Shown here piece after piece: positions 48,858-57,852 of a stretch of DNA of 64,000 bases (within the stretch, counting starts at the first letter, position 1; each line of letters opens with the position of its first letter). The notes beneath the pieces were generated by a model. The model was not told the origin of the DNA. It worked only from the letters and a program-made list of their open reading frames with translations, and ran no database searches. Position numbers and translations under genes: made by a program. The DNA is from an uncultured Chloroflexia bacterium (lineage in GTDB: Bacteria > Chloroflexota > Limnocylindria > Limnocylindrales > CSP1-4): the NCBI GenBank assembly GCA_963736025.1, contig CAVTNH010000002.1, positions 595,351 through 659,350 on the forward strand, written 5' to 3'.

Positions 48858-48871
48858 GGTAATCGATTACA
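48858..48871. promoter_or_regulatory. LacI-type operator-like palindrome GGTAATCGATTACA (12-bp perfect core GTAATCGATTAC)
   Basis: Lies in the divergent region between the transaldolase-iolB operon (minus, start 48721) and iolE (plus, start 48923). Confidence 0.55.
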
Positions 48872-48922
48872 TCGAAAGCGCAAGGGGATCTTGTTGCCCG
48901 AGCCCACGGCTCGTCCACGGCG

Positions 48923-49909
48923 GTGAGCGCCCTGGTTCCCGTTCGTCCGGACATCCGTCCGAGCCTGCGGCGAGCGGGTGACGCGCTCTCCCGGACATCG
49001 ATCGGCACCGTGCCGATCCTGTGGAACAACGTCGACGACGCCGACCAGCGGATCGGGACTGATGGCCTGACGATCCTCGACGAGGTCGCCAGGACCGGCT
49101 ACGAGGGTGTGCAGCTCGGCCTCGGGTTCCCGGGGGGAGCCGATCTGCGCAACGCCCTCGTCGAACGGCGCCTCGGGCTGGCCGAGGTCTACGCCGCGCT
49201 CCCCGCCACGGTGGACGGGCCGACGGATGGCGCCCTCGCCGAGGGGCTCGAACGGCTGCGGCTGCTCCACGACGGCGGCGGCGAGGTCCTCGTCATCGCC
49301 GTCGACGGCTCACCGGAGCGATCCGAGCGGGCAGCACGGGCCGACGAGCCCGGCACGCCTGTCCTCACGGACGCCGGGTGGGACGGTCTGGTCGAGGTGG
49401 TCCATGCGCTCGCGACGGCCACCCGCGAGGCCGGCCATCGAGCCGCGTTCCATCCGCACGCAGGGACCTTCATCGAGACGCCTGCCGAGGTCGAACGCCT
49501 CGTGGACCGCCTCGATCCCGCACTGATCGGGATCTGCCTCGACGTCGGCCACGAGCTCGTCGGCGGCGGCGACCCCGTCCGTGCCCTGCGCGACCTCGGG
49601 GAACGGGTGACCCACGTCCATCTCAAGGACGTCGACCCGTCGGTGCTGGGGCGTCTGCGCTCGGCGGAGATCGACGGCCTCGGCGAGGCGGTCCGGGCGC
49701 GCATCTTCACCGAGCTCGGCGCGGGGATGCTCGACCTCGACGGGGTCATCGACGTCCTTGTCCAGCGGGACTACGACGGCTGGATGATGGTCGAGCAGGA
49801 CAGCTGCTGGGGACCGCCGTCGGAGAGCGCCGCGATCGGGCGCCGGGTCCTGACCGCGGCCCTGCGCCGGGCGGGATCGGCGCGGGCCGTCGGGGCGGGC
49901 TCGCGATGA
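48923..49909 (+). CDS. iolE: Inosose dehydratase (xylose-isomerase-like TIM barrel)
   Basis: IGTVPILWNNVDD N-terminal signature, FHPHAGT, DVGH, HVHLKD, MVEQD. Confidence 0.8.
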   Translation: MSALVPVRPDIRPSLRRAGDALSRTSIGTVPILWNNVDDADQRIGTDGLTILDEVARTGYEGVQLGLGFPGGADLRNALVERRLGLAEVYAALPATVDGPTDGALAEGLERLRLLHDGGGEVLVIAVDGSPERSERAARADEPGTPVLTDAGWDGLVEVVHALATATREAGHRAAFHPHAGTFIETPAEVERLVDRLDPALIGICLDVGHELVGGGDPVRALRDLGERVTHVHLKDVDPSVLGRLRSAEIDGLGEAVRARIFTELGAGMLDLDGVIDVLVQRDYDGWMMVEQDSCWGPPSESAAIGRRVLTAALRRAGSARAVGAGSR

Positions 49910-50905
49910 GGATCGCCCTTCTCGGCGCGGGCCGGATCGGGCGGCTCCATGCCCGACTGCTGTCCGCGACACCCGGCGTCGAGCGGCTCATCGTCGCGGA
50001 CGCCGACCCCGCCCGGGCCGCCGATGTGGCTGCCGCGGTCGGCGCGACCGCCGCCCCGACCATCGACGCCGCTCTCGACGAGGCCGACGGTGTCGTGATC
50101 GCCGCGGCCACCGAGGCCCACGCCGAGCTGACCCGCACGGCGATCGCGGCGCGGCCTGCCGACCTTCTGCGAGAAGCCGCTCGCGGTCGACCTCGCCGAC
50201 ACGATCGCGGTCGCCGACGAGATCGAGCGGAGCGGCGTGCCGTTCCAGCTCGGGTTCCAGCGCCGCTTCGACGCCGGATACGCGGAGGCGCGTCGGCTGG
50301 TCGCGTCGGGCGAGCTCGGGATGCTCTACTCCGTCTACCTCGCCGGCCACGACCCGGCCCCGCCGCACGAGTCGTACATCCCCGGCTCCGGCGGCCTGTT
50401 CCGCGACTTCTCCGTCCACGACTTCGACGTCCTGCGCTGGATGACGGACCGCGAGGTCGAGGAGGTCTACGCCGACGGCGGTGTCCGGGGCTTCCCGATG
50501 TTCGCCAAGTACGACGACATCGACACGGGCGTCGCGACGTTGCGGATGATCGACGGCCCGTTCGTCGTCCTGACCTCGGCCCGTCACGACCCGCTCGGCT
50601 ATGACATCCGGGCTGAGCTGTTCGGCTCGGCCGACTCGGTCAGCGTCGGGCTCGGACCGCGGACGCCGATGCGATCCGTGGAACCGGGCGTCGCGGCGCC
50701 CGCCGGCCCGGCATGGGCCGACTTCGCCGACCGGTTCACCCCCGCCTACACGGCCGAACTCGCCGAATTCATCCGGGTCGCACAGGGGCACGTCCCGAGC
50801 CCGTGCGTCGCCCGAGATGGCCTGGCCGCCCTCCGGATCGCGGAGGCGGCGACCCGCTCACTCCACGAGCACCGACCGGTGCGACTCGAGGAGATCCCAG
50901 GCTGA
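49906..50905 (+). pseudogene. iolG: myo-Inositol 2-dehydrogenase (Gfo/Idh/MocA) with a frame break after about 82 codons
   Basis: MRIALLGAGRIGRLHA…TRTAIAA is in one frame (the ATG overlaps the iolE TGA). LPTFCEKPLAVDLADTIAVADEIERSGVPFQLGFQRRFD… is in the frame of ORF 50237-50905. The break is at about 50148-50156. Confidence 0.8.
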
Positions 50906-51080
50906 GGAGCCGGCCCGGGTGGCCGGTACGAAAGGAGGTGGCGCGGTCGAGCGATGGGACGCGGGATCCCAGGCCCGACCGGACGGATCCGGGGGAACTG
51001 TTTGGCGAGCGGTCGCGGACCATCCGTGACGCTCGCGAGGGCGCGCAGCAGCGCGATCGACAAGTGAGGAGACAGACGGG

Positions 51081-52097
51081 ATGGAACTTCGAAAGTCCGT
51101 CGCCCTGTTCGCGGGCACGGTGGTCATCCTGGCGGCGTGCAACGCCGCGACCAGTTCGGGCAGTGCGGCCCCGGCAGGCGGCGCCGGGCTCGATGGCGCA
51201 CTCGTCAAGCGCAGCGACATCAAGATCGAGGTCGTGACCCACGGCCAGGCGATCGACGGGTTCTGGGGCGTCGTCCGCAACGGCGTCAAGGCCGGCGCGG
51301 CCGACATGGGCGTCACGGTCACCTACAACGCGCCGGCGCAGGAGAGCGACATGCCCGGCATGTCCGCGCTCATCGACGCCGCCGTGGCGAAGAAGCCGAC
51401 CGGCCTCGTCGTCTCGATCCCGAACCCGGACGCGCTGAGCCCGTCGATCAAGAAGGCCATCGAGGCCGGGATCCCGGTCGTCTCGATGAACTCGGGCTCC
51501 GACGTCTTCCGCGACCTCGGCATCAAGGCGCACGTCGGCCAGACCGAGTTCCAGGCCGGCCTCGGCGCGGGCCAGCGATTCAAGGAGGCCGGCGTCAAGA
51601 ACGCCGTCTGCTTCAACCAGGAAGTCGGCAACCAGGCCCTGACCCTGCGCTGCAACGGCTTCTTCCAGGGCCTGGGCGTCGCCGAGGGCGCCGGCCAGGT
51701 CCTGACCGGCAAGATCTCCGACCCGGCCGACATGCAGGCCAAGATGTCGGCCGCGTTCCAGTCCGACCCGACCATCGACGGCCTCCTGACCCTCGGGCCG
51801 TCCGTGGCCGGTCCGGCGCTGGCCGCGGTCGCCGCCTCGGGCAAGCCGATCCACCTCGCCACCTTCGATCTCAGCGCCGAGGTGCTGACCGCCATCAAGG
51901 ACGGCAAGATGGACTTCGCCATCGACCAGCAGCAGTTCCTGCAGGGGTACCTGCCGATCGTGATCCTCACGAACTACGCAGAGACCCGCAACCTTCCGAC
52001 GGGCGATGGCACCGGTCTGATCATGACCGGACCGGGCTTCGTCACGAAGGAAGACGCGGCAGACGTCATCGCCCTCGCGGCGAAGGGTCTGCGCTGA
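51081..52097 (+). CDS. Sugar/inositol ABC transporter substrate-binding lipoprotein (RbsB/periplasmic-binding-protein type I)
   Basis: Lipobox VVILAAC and a PBP type I fold. Confidence 0.85.
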   Translation: MELRKSVALFAGTVVILAACNAATSSGSAAPAGGAGLDGALVKRSDIKIEVVTHGQAIDGFWGVVRNGVKAGAADMGVTVTYNAPAQESDMPGMSALIDAAVAKKPTGLVVSIPNPDALSPSIKKAIEAGIPVVSMNSGSDVFRDLGIKAHVGQTEFQAGLGAGQRFKEAGVKNAVCFNQEVGNQALTLRCNGFFQGLGVAEGAGQVLTGKISDPADMQAKMSAAFQSDPTIDGLLTLGPSVAGPALAAVAASGKPIHLATFDLSAEVLTAIKDGKMDFAIDQQQFLQGYLPIVILTNYAETRNLPTGDGTGLIMTGPGFVTKEDAADVIALAAKGLR

Positions 52098-52107
52098 GCT
52101 GAGCGTC

Positions 52108-52163
52108 AGGCGTCGGCCCGCCGACGCCTTCCTGGAGGGGTCGGGCCTCGGCTCGACCCCTCC
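52108..52163 (+). other. Two tandem intercistronic hairpins between the binding-protein and permease genes
   Basis: AGGCGTCGG-CCCG-CCGACGCCT (52108-52129) and GGAGGGGTCG-N10-CGACCCCTCC (52134-52163). Confidence 0.6.
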
Positions 52164-52171
52164 ACCGACCG

Positions 52172-53260
52172 ATGGAGGCCTCGATGGCGGCGACCCCACG
52201 CGCCGGCCCCGCGCCCGCGCCAGACCGACTACGGCAGATCTCCCTCGCCCAGCGTCTGCTCGCGCGGCCCGCGGCGGGCGCCCTGGTCATCGTCGTCTTC
52301 GTCTTCATCGTGTTCAGCGTGCTGTCCCTGGCCCGCGGGAGCACCGCGTTCCTGTCGATCCCGGGCGTGCTGAACTATGTCGGCGTCGCCTCGCAGGTCG
52401 GGATCATCGCGACCTCGATCGCCCTGTTGATGATCGCCGGGGAGTTCGACCTCTCGGTCGGCTCACTCGTCGGCTTCGCCGGGATCATGATCGGGATCGG
52501 CTCGACGATCTGGGGCCTGCCGATCTGGCTGGCCATCCTCATCTCGATGGCACTCACGACCGGCCTCGGTGTCGTCAACGGACTCATCGTCGTTCGCACC
52601 GGATTGCCGTCGTTCATCGTCACGCTCGCGACGATGTTCATCATCGCGGGGCTGTCGTCGGTCCTGGTCCTCGGGCTCACGAACATCACCTTCATCCGGA
52701 TCGAACCCACGCTGATCGCCGCTGATCCGCTCGCCCAGTTCTTCAACTGGAAGTTCTCGGTCAAGTTCGATCTGGCGACGTCGGACCTGTACGTGTCGGT
52801 CGTCTGGTGGATCGTCATCGCCGTGATCGGCGCCTACGTCCTCAGCCGCCGCAAGTTCGGCAACTGGATCGCCGGCGTCGGCGGCTCGCCGAACGCGGCC
52901 CGCAATCTCGGTGTCCCGGTCGCGCGCGTGAAGGTCACCCTGTTCGCGGCCACCGCCTTCTCGGCATCGATCCTGGCCGCCTGCCAGAGCATGCAGTTCG
53001 CGTCCGCCGACATCCAGCGTGGCGCCGGCTACGAGCTGACCGCGATCACGATGGCCGTCATCGGCGGCTGCCTCCTGACCGGCGGCTACGGCTCGGTCGC
53101 GGGGACCGCCCTCGGCGCGCTGGCCCTCGGGATGGCCAACATCGGGATCGTCTACGCGTCGATCAACGCCGACTGGTACAAGATCGCGATCGGCGTCCTG
53201 CTCCTGTCGGCCGTCGTCCTCAACAACTGGATCCGGCGACGCTTCGCCGGCCTGCGCTAG
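52172..53260 (+). CDS. Sugar ABC transporter permease (RbsC/BPD_transp_2 type)
   Basis: Multi-TM protein of about 360 aa. The in-frame ATG at 52184, with GGAGG 5 nt upstream, is the more likely start. Confidence 0.85.
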   Translation: MEASMAATPRAGPAPAPDRLRQISLAQRLLARPAAGALVIVVFVFIVFSVLSLARGSTAFLSIPGVLNYVGVASQVGIIATSIALLMIAGEFDLSVGSLVGFAGIMIGIGSTIWGLPIWLAILISMALTTGLGVVNGLIVVRTGLPSFIVTLATMFIIAGLSSVLVLGLTNITFIRIEPTLIAADPLAQFFNWKFSVKFDLATSDLYVSVVWWIVIAVIGAYVLSRRKFGNWIAGVGGSPNAARNLGVPVARVKVTLFAATAFSASILAACQSMQFASADIQRGAGYELTAITMAVIGGCLLTGGYGSVAGTALGALALGMANIGIVYASINADWYKIAIGVLLLSAVVLNNWIRRRFAGLR

Positions 53261-53275
53261 CGGAGGGCGCACGAC

Positions 53276-54187
53276 ATGACGATGCCAACAGCAGCTCCCG
53301 TCGATCCGGTCGGGGCGGACCGCCCGCCTCTTCTCGAGGCCCGCGACATCTCGAAGTACTTCGGGGCCGTCGTCGCGCTCGAGGGCGTCTCGCTCGAGGT
53401 CCGGGCGGGCGAGATCAACTGCCTCCTCGGCGACAACGGGGCGGGCAAGTCGACCCTGATCAAGACCCTCTCGGGCGTCCATCCGCCCGACGAGGGCACG
53501 CTCGCCATCGACGGCGAGCCGGTGACGTTCGGGTCGCCGCGCGATGCACTCAACGCAGGCATCGCGACCGTCTACCAGGACCTCTCGGTCATGCCCCTGA
53601 TGAGCATCAGCCGCAACTTCTTCCTCGGCAACGAGCCGACCGTCGGGTTCGGGCCGTTCAAGCGGTTCGATGCGGCGAAGGCCGCGCGCGTCGCCAAGGA
53701 GGAGATGCACAACATCGGGATCGACGTGCGCGACACGGAGCAACTCGTCGGCACCCTGTCCGGCGGCGAGCGCCAGACCCTGGCGATCGCGCGGGCCGAG
53801 TACTTCGGGGCCAAGGTCCTGATCCTCGACGAGCCGACGTCCGCGCTCGGCGTCAAGGAATCGGCGATCGTCCTGCGCCATGCGATCGCCGCACGGAACA
53901 AGGGCCTCGGGGTCATCTTCATCACGCACAACGTCCAGCACGCGCTGCCGATCGGTGACTCGTTCACCATCCTGACCCGCGGCCGATCGGGCGGGACCTA
54001 CCGGCGTGGCGAGCTCAACGCCGAGCAGCTCCACGCGATGATGGGCGGCGGATCCGAGCTCGAGGAGCTGCAGGCCGACCTGGAGATGCTGGCGCGACGC
54101 GAGGCGCGTGGCGAGGACATCCCGGCCGTCCCGATCGGGACCGACCCGGACTCGGTGGGCCTCACCGGCGACGACAAGCAGGTCTGA
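53276..54187 (+). CDS. Sugar ABC transporter ATP-binding protein (single NBD)
   Basis: [30 protein letters not shown]. Confidence 0.9.
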   Translation: MTMPTAAPVDPVGADRPPLLEARDISKYFGAVVALEGVSLEVRAGEINCLLGDNGAGKSTLIKTLSGVHPPDEGTLAIDGEPVTFGSPRDALNAGIATVYQDLSVMPLMSISRNFFLGNEPTVGFGPFKRFDAAKAARVAKEEMHNIGIDVRDTEQLVGTLSGGERQTLAIARAEYFGAKVLILDEPTSALGVKESAIVLRHAIAARNKGLGVIFITHNVQHALPIGDSFTILTRGRSGGTYRRGELNAEQLHAMMGGGSELEELQADLEMLARREARGEDIPAVPIGTDPDSVGLTGDDKQV

Positions 54188-54197
54188 ACGGCGGGCC

Positions 54198-55247
54198 ATG
54201 GTCGCGACCATCGCTGACGTCGCCCAGCGGGCCAGGGTCTCGACGGCGACCGTCAGCCGGGTGCTGGCCGGCCTGGGGCACGCGCGCCCGGAGACGCGCG
54301 AGCGGATCCTGGCCGCGGCTCGCGACCTCGACTACCGGCCGTCCGGGGTCGCCCGATCGCTCCAGCGCCGCTCGACCCAGACGTTCGGGCTGATCGTCAC
54401 CGACATCGAGAACCCGTACTTCCCCGAGCTGGTCCGGGCCGTCGAGGACGCCGCGCGGGCCGAGGGCTACTCGATCCTGCTGTGCAATGCCGCCGACGAC
54501 CCGGAGCGTGAGGCCGGCTACCTCGAGCTGCTCGTCGAACGGCGCGTGGACGGGCTCATCATCGCGGCCAGCAGCCTGGGGGCCCGGCACGGCGAGTGGC
54601 TGGCCTCGTCGCCGCTGCCGGTGGTCCTCATCAACACGACCGCGGCCGACGTCGACCTGCCGTCCGTCCAGTCCGACAACCGGGCCGGCAGCCGCCTCGC
54701 GGCACAGCACCTGCTGGACCTCGGGCATCGCCGGTTCGGCTACCTCATGCCCCCGCCGCGGAACGTGGACGCTCCCGAACGACTGGCCGGCGTCCGGGAC
54801 GCCCTCGCCGCCGCGGGGCTGGACCCCGCCTCGATCGCGATCGCCAGCGGCGCTCCACTGGTCGGCGGCGGCGAGGCCGCCATGCTCGAGCTCCTCGACC
54901 TGGCGCCCGGCACGACCGCGGTCCTCGCCTACAACGACCTGATGGCGATCGGCGCACTGCGCGCCATCCGCCGGCGCGGCCGATCCGTCCCCGGCGACAT
55001 GAGCGTCGTCGGGTTCGACGACGTCGCGCTGGCCGCGTACGTCGATCCGCCGCTCACGACCCTGAGCCAGAACACCGCCGAGATGGGCTACTGGGCGGTC
55101 GAGCGCCTGACCGAGCGGCTGCGGGCGCGGAGCACGTCGGCGGACGGCGCCACGACCGAGGACCGCGTGGCGGTCCCGGCGCCGGTCGTCATGCTCCCGG
55201 TCCGCCTCGAGGTCCGCGGCTCGACCGGACCTGCACCCCGCGCCTGA
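54198..55247 (+). CDS. LacI-family transcriptional regulator (second copy)
   Basis: MVATIADVAQRARVSTATVSRVLAG HTH plus a sugar-binding core. Confidence 0.9.
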   Translation: MVATIADVAQRARVSTATVSRVLAGLGHARPETRERILAAARDLDYRPSGVARSLQRRSTQTFGLIVTDIENPYFPELVRAVEDAARAEGYSILLCNAADDPEREAGYLELLVERRVDGLIIAASSLGARHGEWLASSPLPVVLINTTAADVDLPSVQSDNRAGSRLAAQHLLDLGHRRFGYLMPPPRNVDAPERLAGVRDALAAAGLDPASIAIASGAPLVGGGEAAMLELLDLAPGTTAVLAYNDLMAIGALRAIRRRGRSVPGDMSVVGFDDVALAAYVDPPLTTLSQNTAEMGYWAVERLTERLRARSTSADGATTEDRVAVPAPVVMLPVRLEVRGSTGPAPRA

Positions 55248-55283
55248 CCTGGGCCGACCGGGCCGATCGCACGCGCGCGGCGC

Positions 55284-56249
55284 TCACGGCGGGTCCACCG
55301 CGCCGACCTGCGAGACCTCCGTCGGCAGGACCGCCCGACGGATGCGCTCGCGCGCTCGCCGGACGAGGACGGCCGTGCGGTCGGGCACGCCCAGGAGGCC
55401 GGGACCCTCGACGACCAGCGACCCGGCCGCCGCCGCGAACCGCAGGTCCGGCGGGCGGCGCGACCGGCGGCGGCCGGCGATGGCCGGCCGCAGGGCCGAT
55501 GCCTGGAGTGCCGCAAGGAACGTGTCCCCCGCACCGGTCGGGTCGATCTCCAGCGTCGTCGCGGTCGGCAGGTAGCGCAGGGTCTCGGTCGGGCCGTCGC
55601 TGCCGAGGTGGATCAGGAGGCCGCCATCGCTGCCCTCCGTGACGAGGAGGTAGGCGCCCGGGTGGAGCAGCCCGTAGAGCGCGCTCAGCGGCGTGCGGGA
55701 CGCGACGTCGTGGTGGCTCACGCCGACCAGGTCGGCGCGGCGCAGGATCGCGGACGGGCCCGGCGGCCGGCGCGTCACCCGTTCGCCCGCTGCCAGGTTG
55801 CGCAGGAACCCCTGCCAGGCGACGGCGAGATGCGCGCCGGCCGGGATGTGCGCGGCCCACTCGTCGGTCACCTCCCCCGCGACCGGGACCACCGACCAGC
55901 CCGGCGCGGCGCGCCACGCGTCGGGGATGTCCGGGACCGTCAACGGCACGCCGGTCCGCACGCACGTCTGGACCCGGCCGGTGGGCGTCTCGAGGTTGTG
56001 GAAGATCGGGCCCTCGGCGAGCGGCACGAGCCGGAGGTCGACGCCCGCGTCGCGCAGCATGTCGAGCTCGCTCGCGGTGGCCGCGGTCGCATCGACGCCG
56101 ACGATCGCCGCGGTCCGCAGCCCGAGCCGGGCCGTCGTCAGCGATGCGTACGTGACACCACCGCCGAGCCGCCAGCCGCGCGGGTCCTCCGGCACGACAT
56201 CGCGACACGCCGACCCGATGTGGACGACCTCGGCGCGGGGCAGGACCAT
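55284..56249 (-). CDS. PfkB-family carbohydrate kinase (possible IolC-type 5-dehydro-2-deoxygluconokinase)
   Basis: DPTGAGDTF motif. ATG at 56249 has GGAGG 4 nt upstream. The iolC assignment rests on context only. Confidence 0.7.
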   Translation of the reverse strand: MVLPRAEVVHIGSACRDVVPEDPRGWRLGGGVTYASLTTARLGLRTAAIVGVDATAATASELDMLRDAGVDLRLVPLAEGPIFHNLETPTGRVQTCVRTGVPLTVPDIPDAWRAAPGWSVVPVAGEVTDEWAAHIPAGAHLAVAWQGFLRNLAAGERVTRRPPGPSAILRRADLVGVSHHDVASRTPLSALYGLLHPGAYLLVTEGSDGGLLIHLGSDGPTETLRYLPTATTLEIDPTGAGDTFLAALQASALRPAIAGRRRSRRPPDLRFAAAAGSLVVEGPGLLGVPDRTAVLVRRARERIRRAVLPTEVSQVGAVDPP

Positions 56250-56302
56250 GGCACCTCCGGGCGTATACTGCCGCCTCGCTACGACCGTATCGCGAGGCAA
56301 CC

Positions 56303-56704
56303 GTGTTCTTCTACGAGCTCCACGAGGGCGACGACGAGGTCTACTCGGACGTCCTGGTGGTCAGCGAGTCCGAGTGGGAGCCCGACGAGTTCTTCGAGCT
56401 CGTCCAGACCATCCGCCGCCGGATCCAGGACCAGTATCACCACGATACCCTCAGCGAGGCCATCGCCAACGAGCTCGAGCGCGACCACGGCTTCATCCAC
56501 GTCAGCGACGACCGGCTGGCCGCTGCGGTCAACGTCTCGGTCATCGAGGCCGAGAACTTCCTCTCCGAACTCGAGGTCGACCTCGCCGACGCGGCCGAGG
56601 ATGGCGATGACGACGACGACGATGATGACGATGACGACGAGGACGATCGCGTCGACTTCAAGTCCGTCCTCGTCGATTTCGACCCCGAGGGCCGGCTGAA
56701 CTGA
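56303..56704 (+). CDS. Small, very acidic hypothetical protein with a poly-Asp tract
   Basis: 133 aa ending in …AAEDGDDDDDDDDDDDEDDRVDFKSVLVDFDPEGRLN. I recognise no family. Confidence 0.5.
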   Translation: MFFYELHEGDDEVYSDVLVVSESEWEPDEFFELVQTIRRRIQDQYHHDTLSEAIANELERDHGFIHVSDDRLAAAVNVSVIEAENFLSELEVDLADAAEDGDDDDDDDDDDDEDDRVDFKSVLVDFDPEGRLN

Positions 56705-56707
56705 CCG

Positions 56708-57811
56708 CTACTTGCTGAAGAGGATCTCCAGCACGTCGCCGTCGTGGACACGGTAGGTCTTCCCCTCTGACCGGAGGCGCCCCGCCTTGCGCGCCTCGGC
56801 CATCGAGCCGAGCGTGACCAGGTCCTCGTAGGCGACGGTCTCGGCGCGGATGAACCCCTTCGCGAGATCGGTGTGGATGGCCCCTGCCGCGTCCACCGCC
56901 GTCGACCCGTCCGGGACCGGCCAGGCCCGGCATTCGTCCGGCCCGGCGGTCAGGAACGAGATCAGGCCGAGCAGCCGGTACGACAACGCGATGACGCGGT
57001 CCAGCCCGGACTCCGCGATCCCGAGCTCCTCCATGAACGCAGCGGCCTCGTCGGGCTCCAGCTCGCCCAGCTCCATCTCGATGCGGGCCGAGAGGGCATC
57101 GACCATGACGTGCTGGTGGTCGTAGCCGGCGCTGACCCGCTCGACGAGCGCCGGCGCCGAGGCCAGCTCCCCTTCCCCGACGTTGAGCAGCACGAGCACC
57201 GGCTTCTGGGTCAGGAAGCGGAAGCCGCGGATCGCCTTCTCCTCGTCGGCGTCCAGCCCGAGGTCGCGGATCGGCTTGCCGGCCTCCAGGCCCTCGTGCA
57301 GCCGGCGCAGGACGATCTCCTCGCGCTCGTTCGCCTCGCGCTCGGCGGACGTGCCGTGGCGCCCGCTCCCCTTCAGGCGCTCGAGGCGGCGCTCGGTCAT
57401 CGAGAGGTCCGCGAGAACGAACTCCAGATCGAGCCGCTCGAGGTCCCGAGCGGGGTCGACGCTGCCGTCCGGGTGGGGGTTCGACGGGTCCTCGAACGCC
57501 CGGATGACGTGCAGGAGCGCGTCCGAATCGCGAAGGCGAGCGAGATGGTCGGGCGGCAGCTCTTCGGTGCCGACGTGCCCTTCGGTCGAGGCCGGCGGCG
57601 CCGGCAGGTCCGCGTACGTGACATCGGCCTGGACGATCTTCTTGGGCTTGAAGATCTCGGCGAGCCGGTCGAGCCGGGCGTCCGGCACCTTGACGACGCC
57701 GACGTTGAGGGTGACCCCGCCGAAGCCGCCGGTCTCGGCGTGGCCCCGGGTCAGCGTGTTGAAGACGGTCGTCTTGCCCGCTCCGGCAAGTCCGACGATG
57801 GCGGTCTGCAT
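56708..57811 (-). CDS. ychF: Redox-regulated ATPase YchF (Obg-like GTPase family)
   Basis: GLAGAGKTTVFN and a C-terminal TGS-like domain ending …YRVHDGDVLEILFSK. Confidence 0.92.
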   Translation of the reverse strand: MQTAIVGLAGAGKTTVFNTLTRGHAETGGFGGVTLNVGVVKVPDARLDRLAEIFKPKKIVQADVTYADLPAPPASTEGHVGTEELPPDHLARLRDSDALLHVIRAFEDPSNPHPDGSVDPARDLERLDLEFVLADLSMTERRLERLKGSGRHGTSAEREANEREEIVLRRLHEGLEAGKPIRDLGLDADEEKAIRGFRFLTQKPVLVLLNVGEGELASAPALVERVSAGYDHQHVMVDALSARIEMELGELEPDEAAAFMEELGIAESGLDRVIALSYRLLGLISFLTAGPDECRAWPVPDGSTAVDAAGAIHTDLAKGFIRAETVAYEDLVTLGSMAEARKAGRLRSEGKTYRVHDGDVLEILFSK

Positions 57812-57852
57812 GCCGCCGATCGTAGCCGGTCAGACGACCCGGCGGCCGTGGC

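Noticed and set aside
46286-49270. 994-aa minus-strand ORF, the longest in the window
   Set aside because: It is a composite read-through, not one gene. Its top part (49270-48722) is antisense to iolE. Below that it runs through the transaldolase-like gene, iolB and into the DegT2 region, only because frame breaks remove the natural stops. The family-specific C-termini are found in other frames.
52463-54211. 582-aa minus-strand ORF
   Set aside because: It is antisense to the ABC permease and ATPase genes. The sequence is Arg/Asp/Gly-rich with no motifs.
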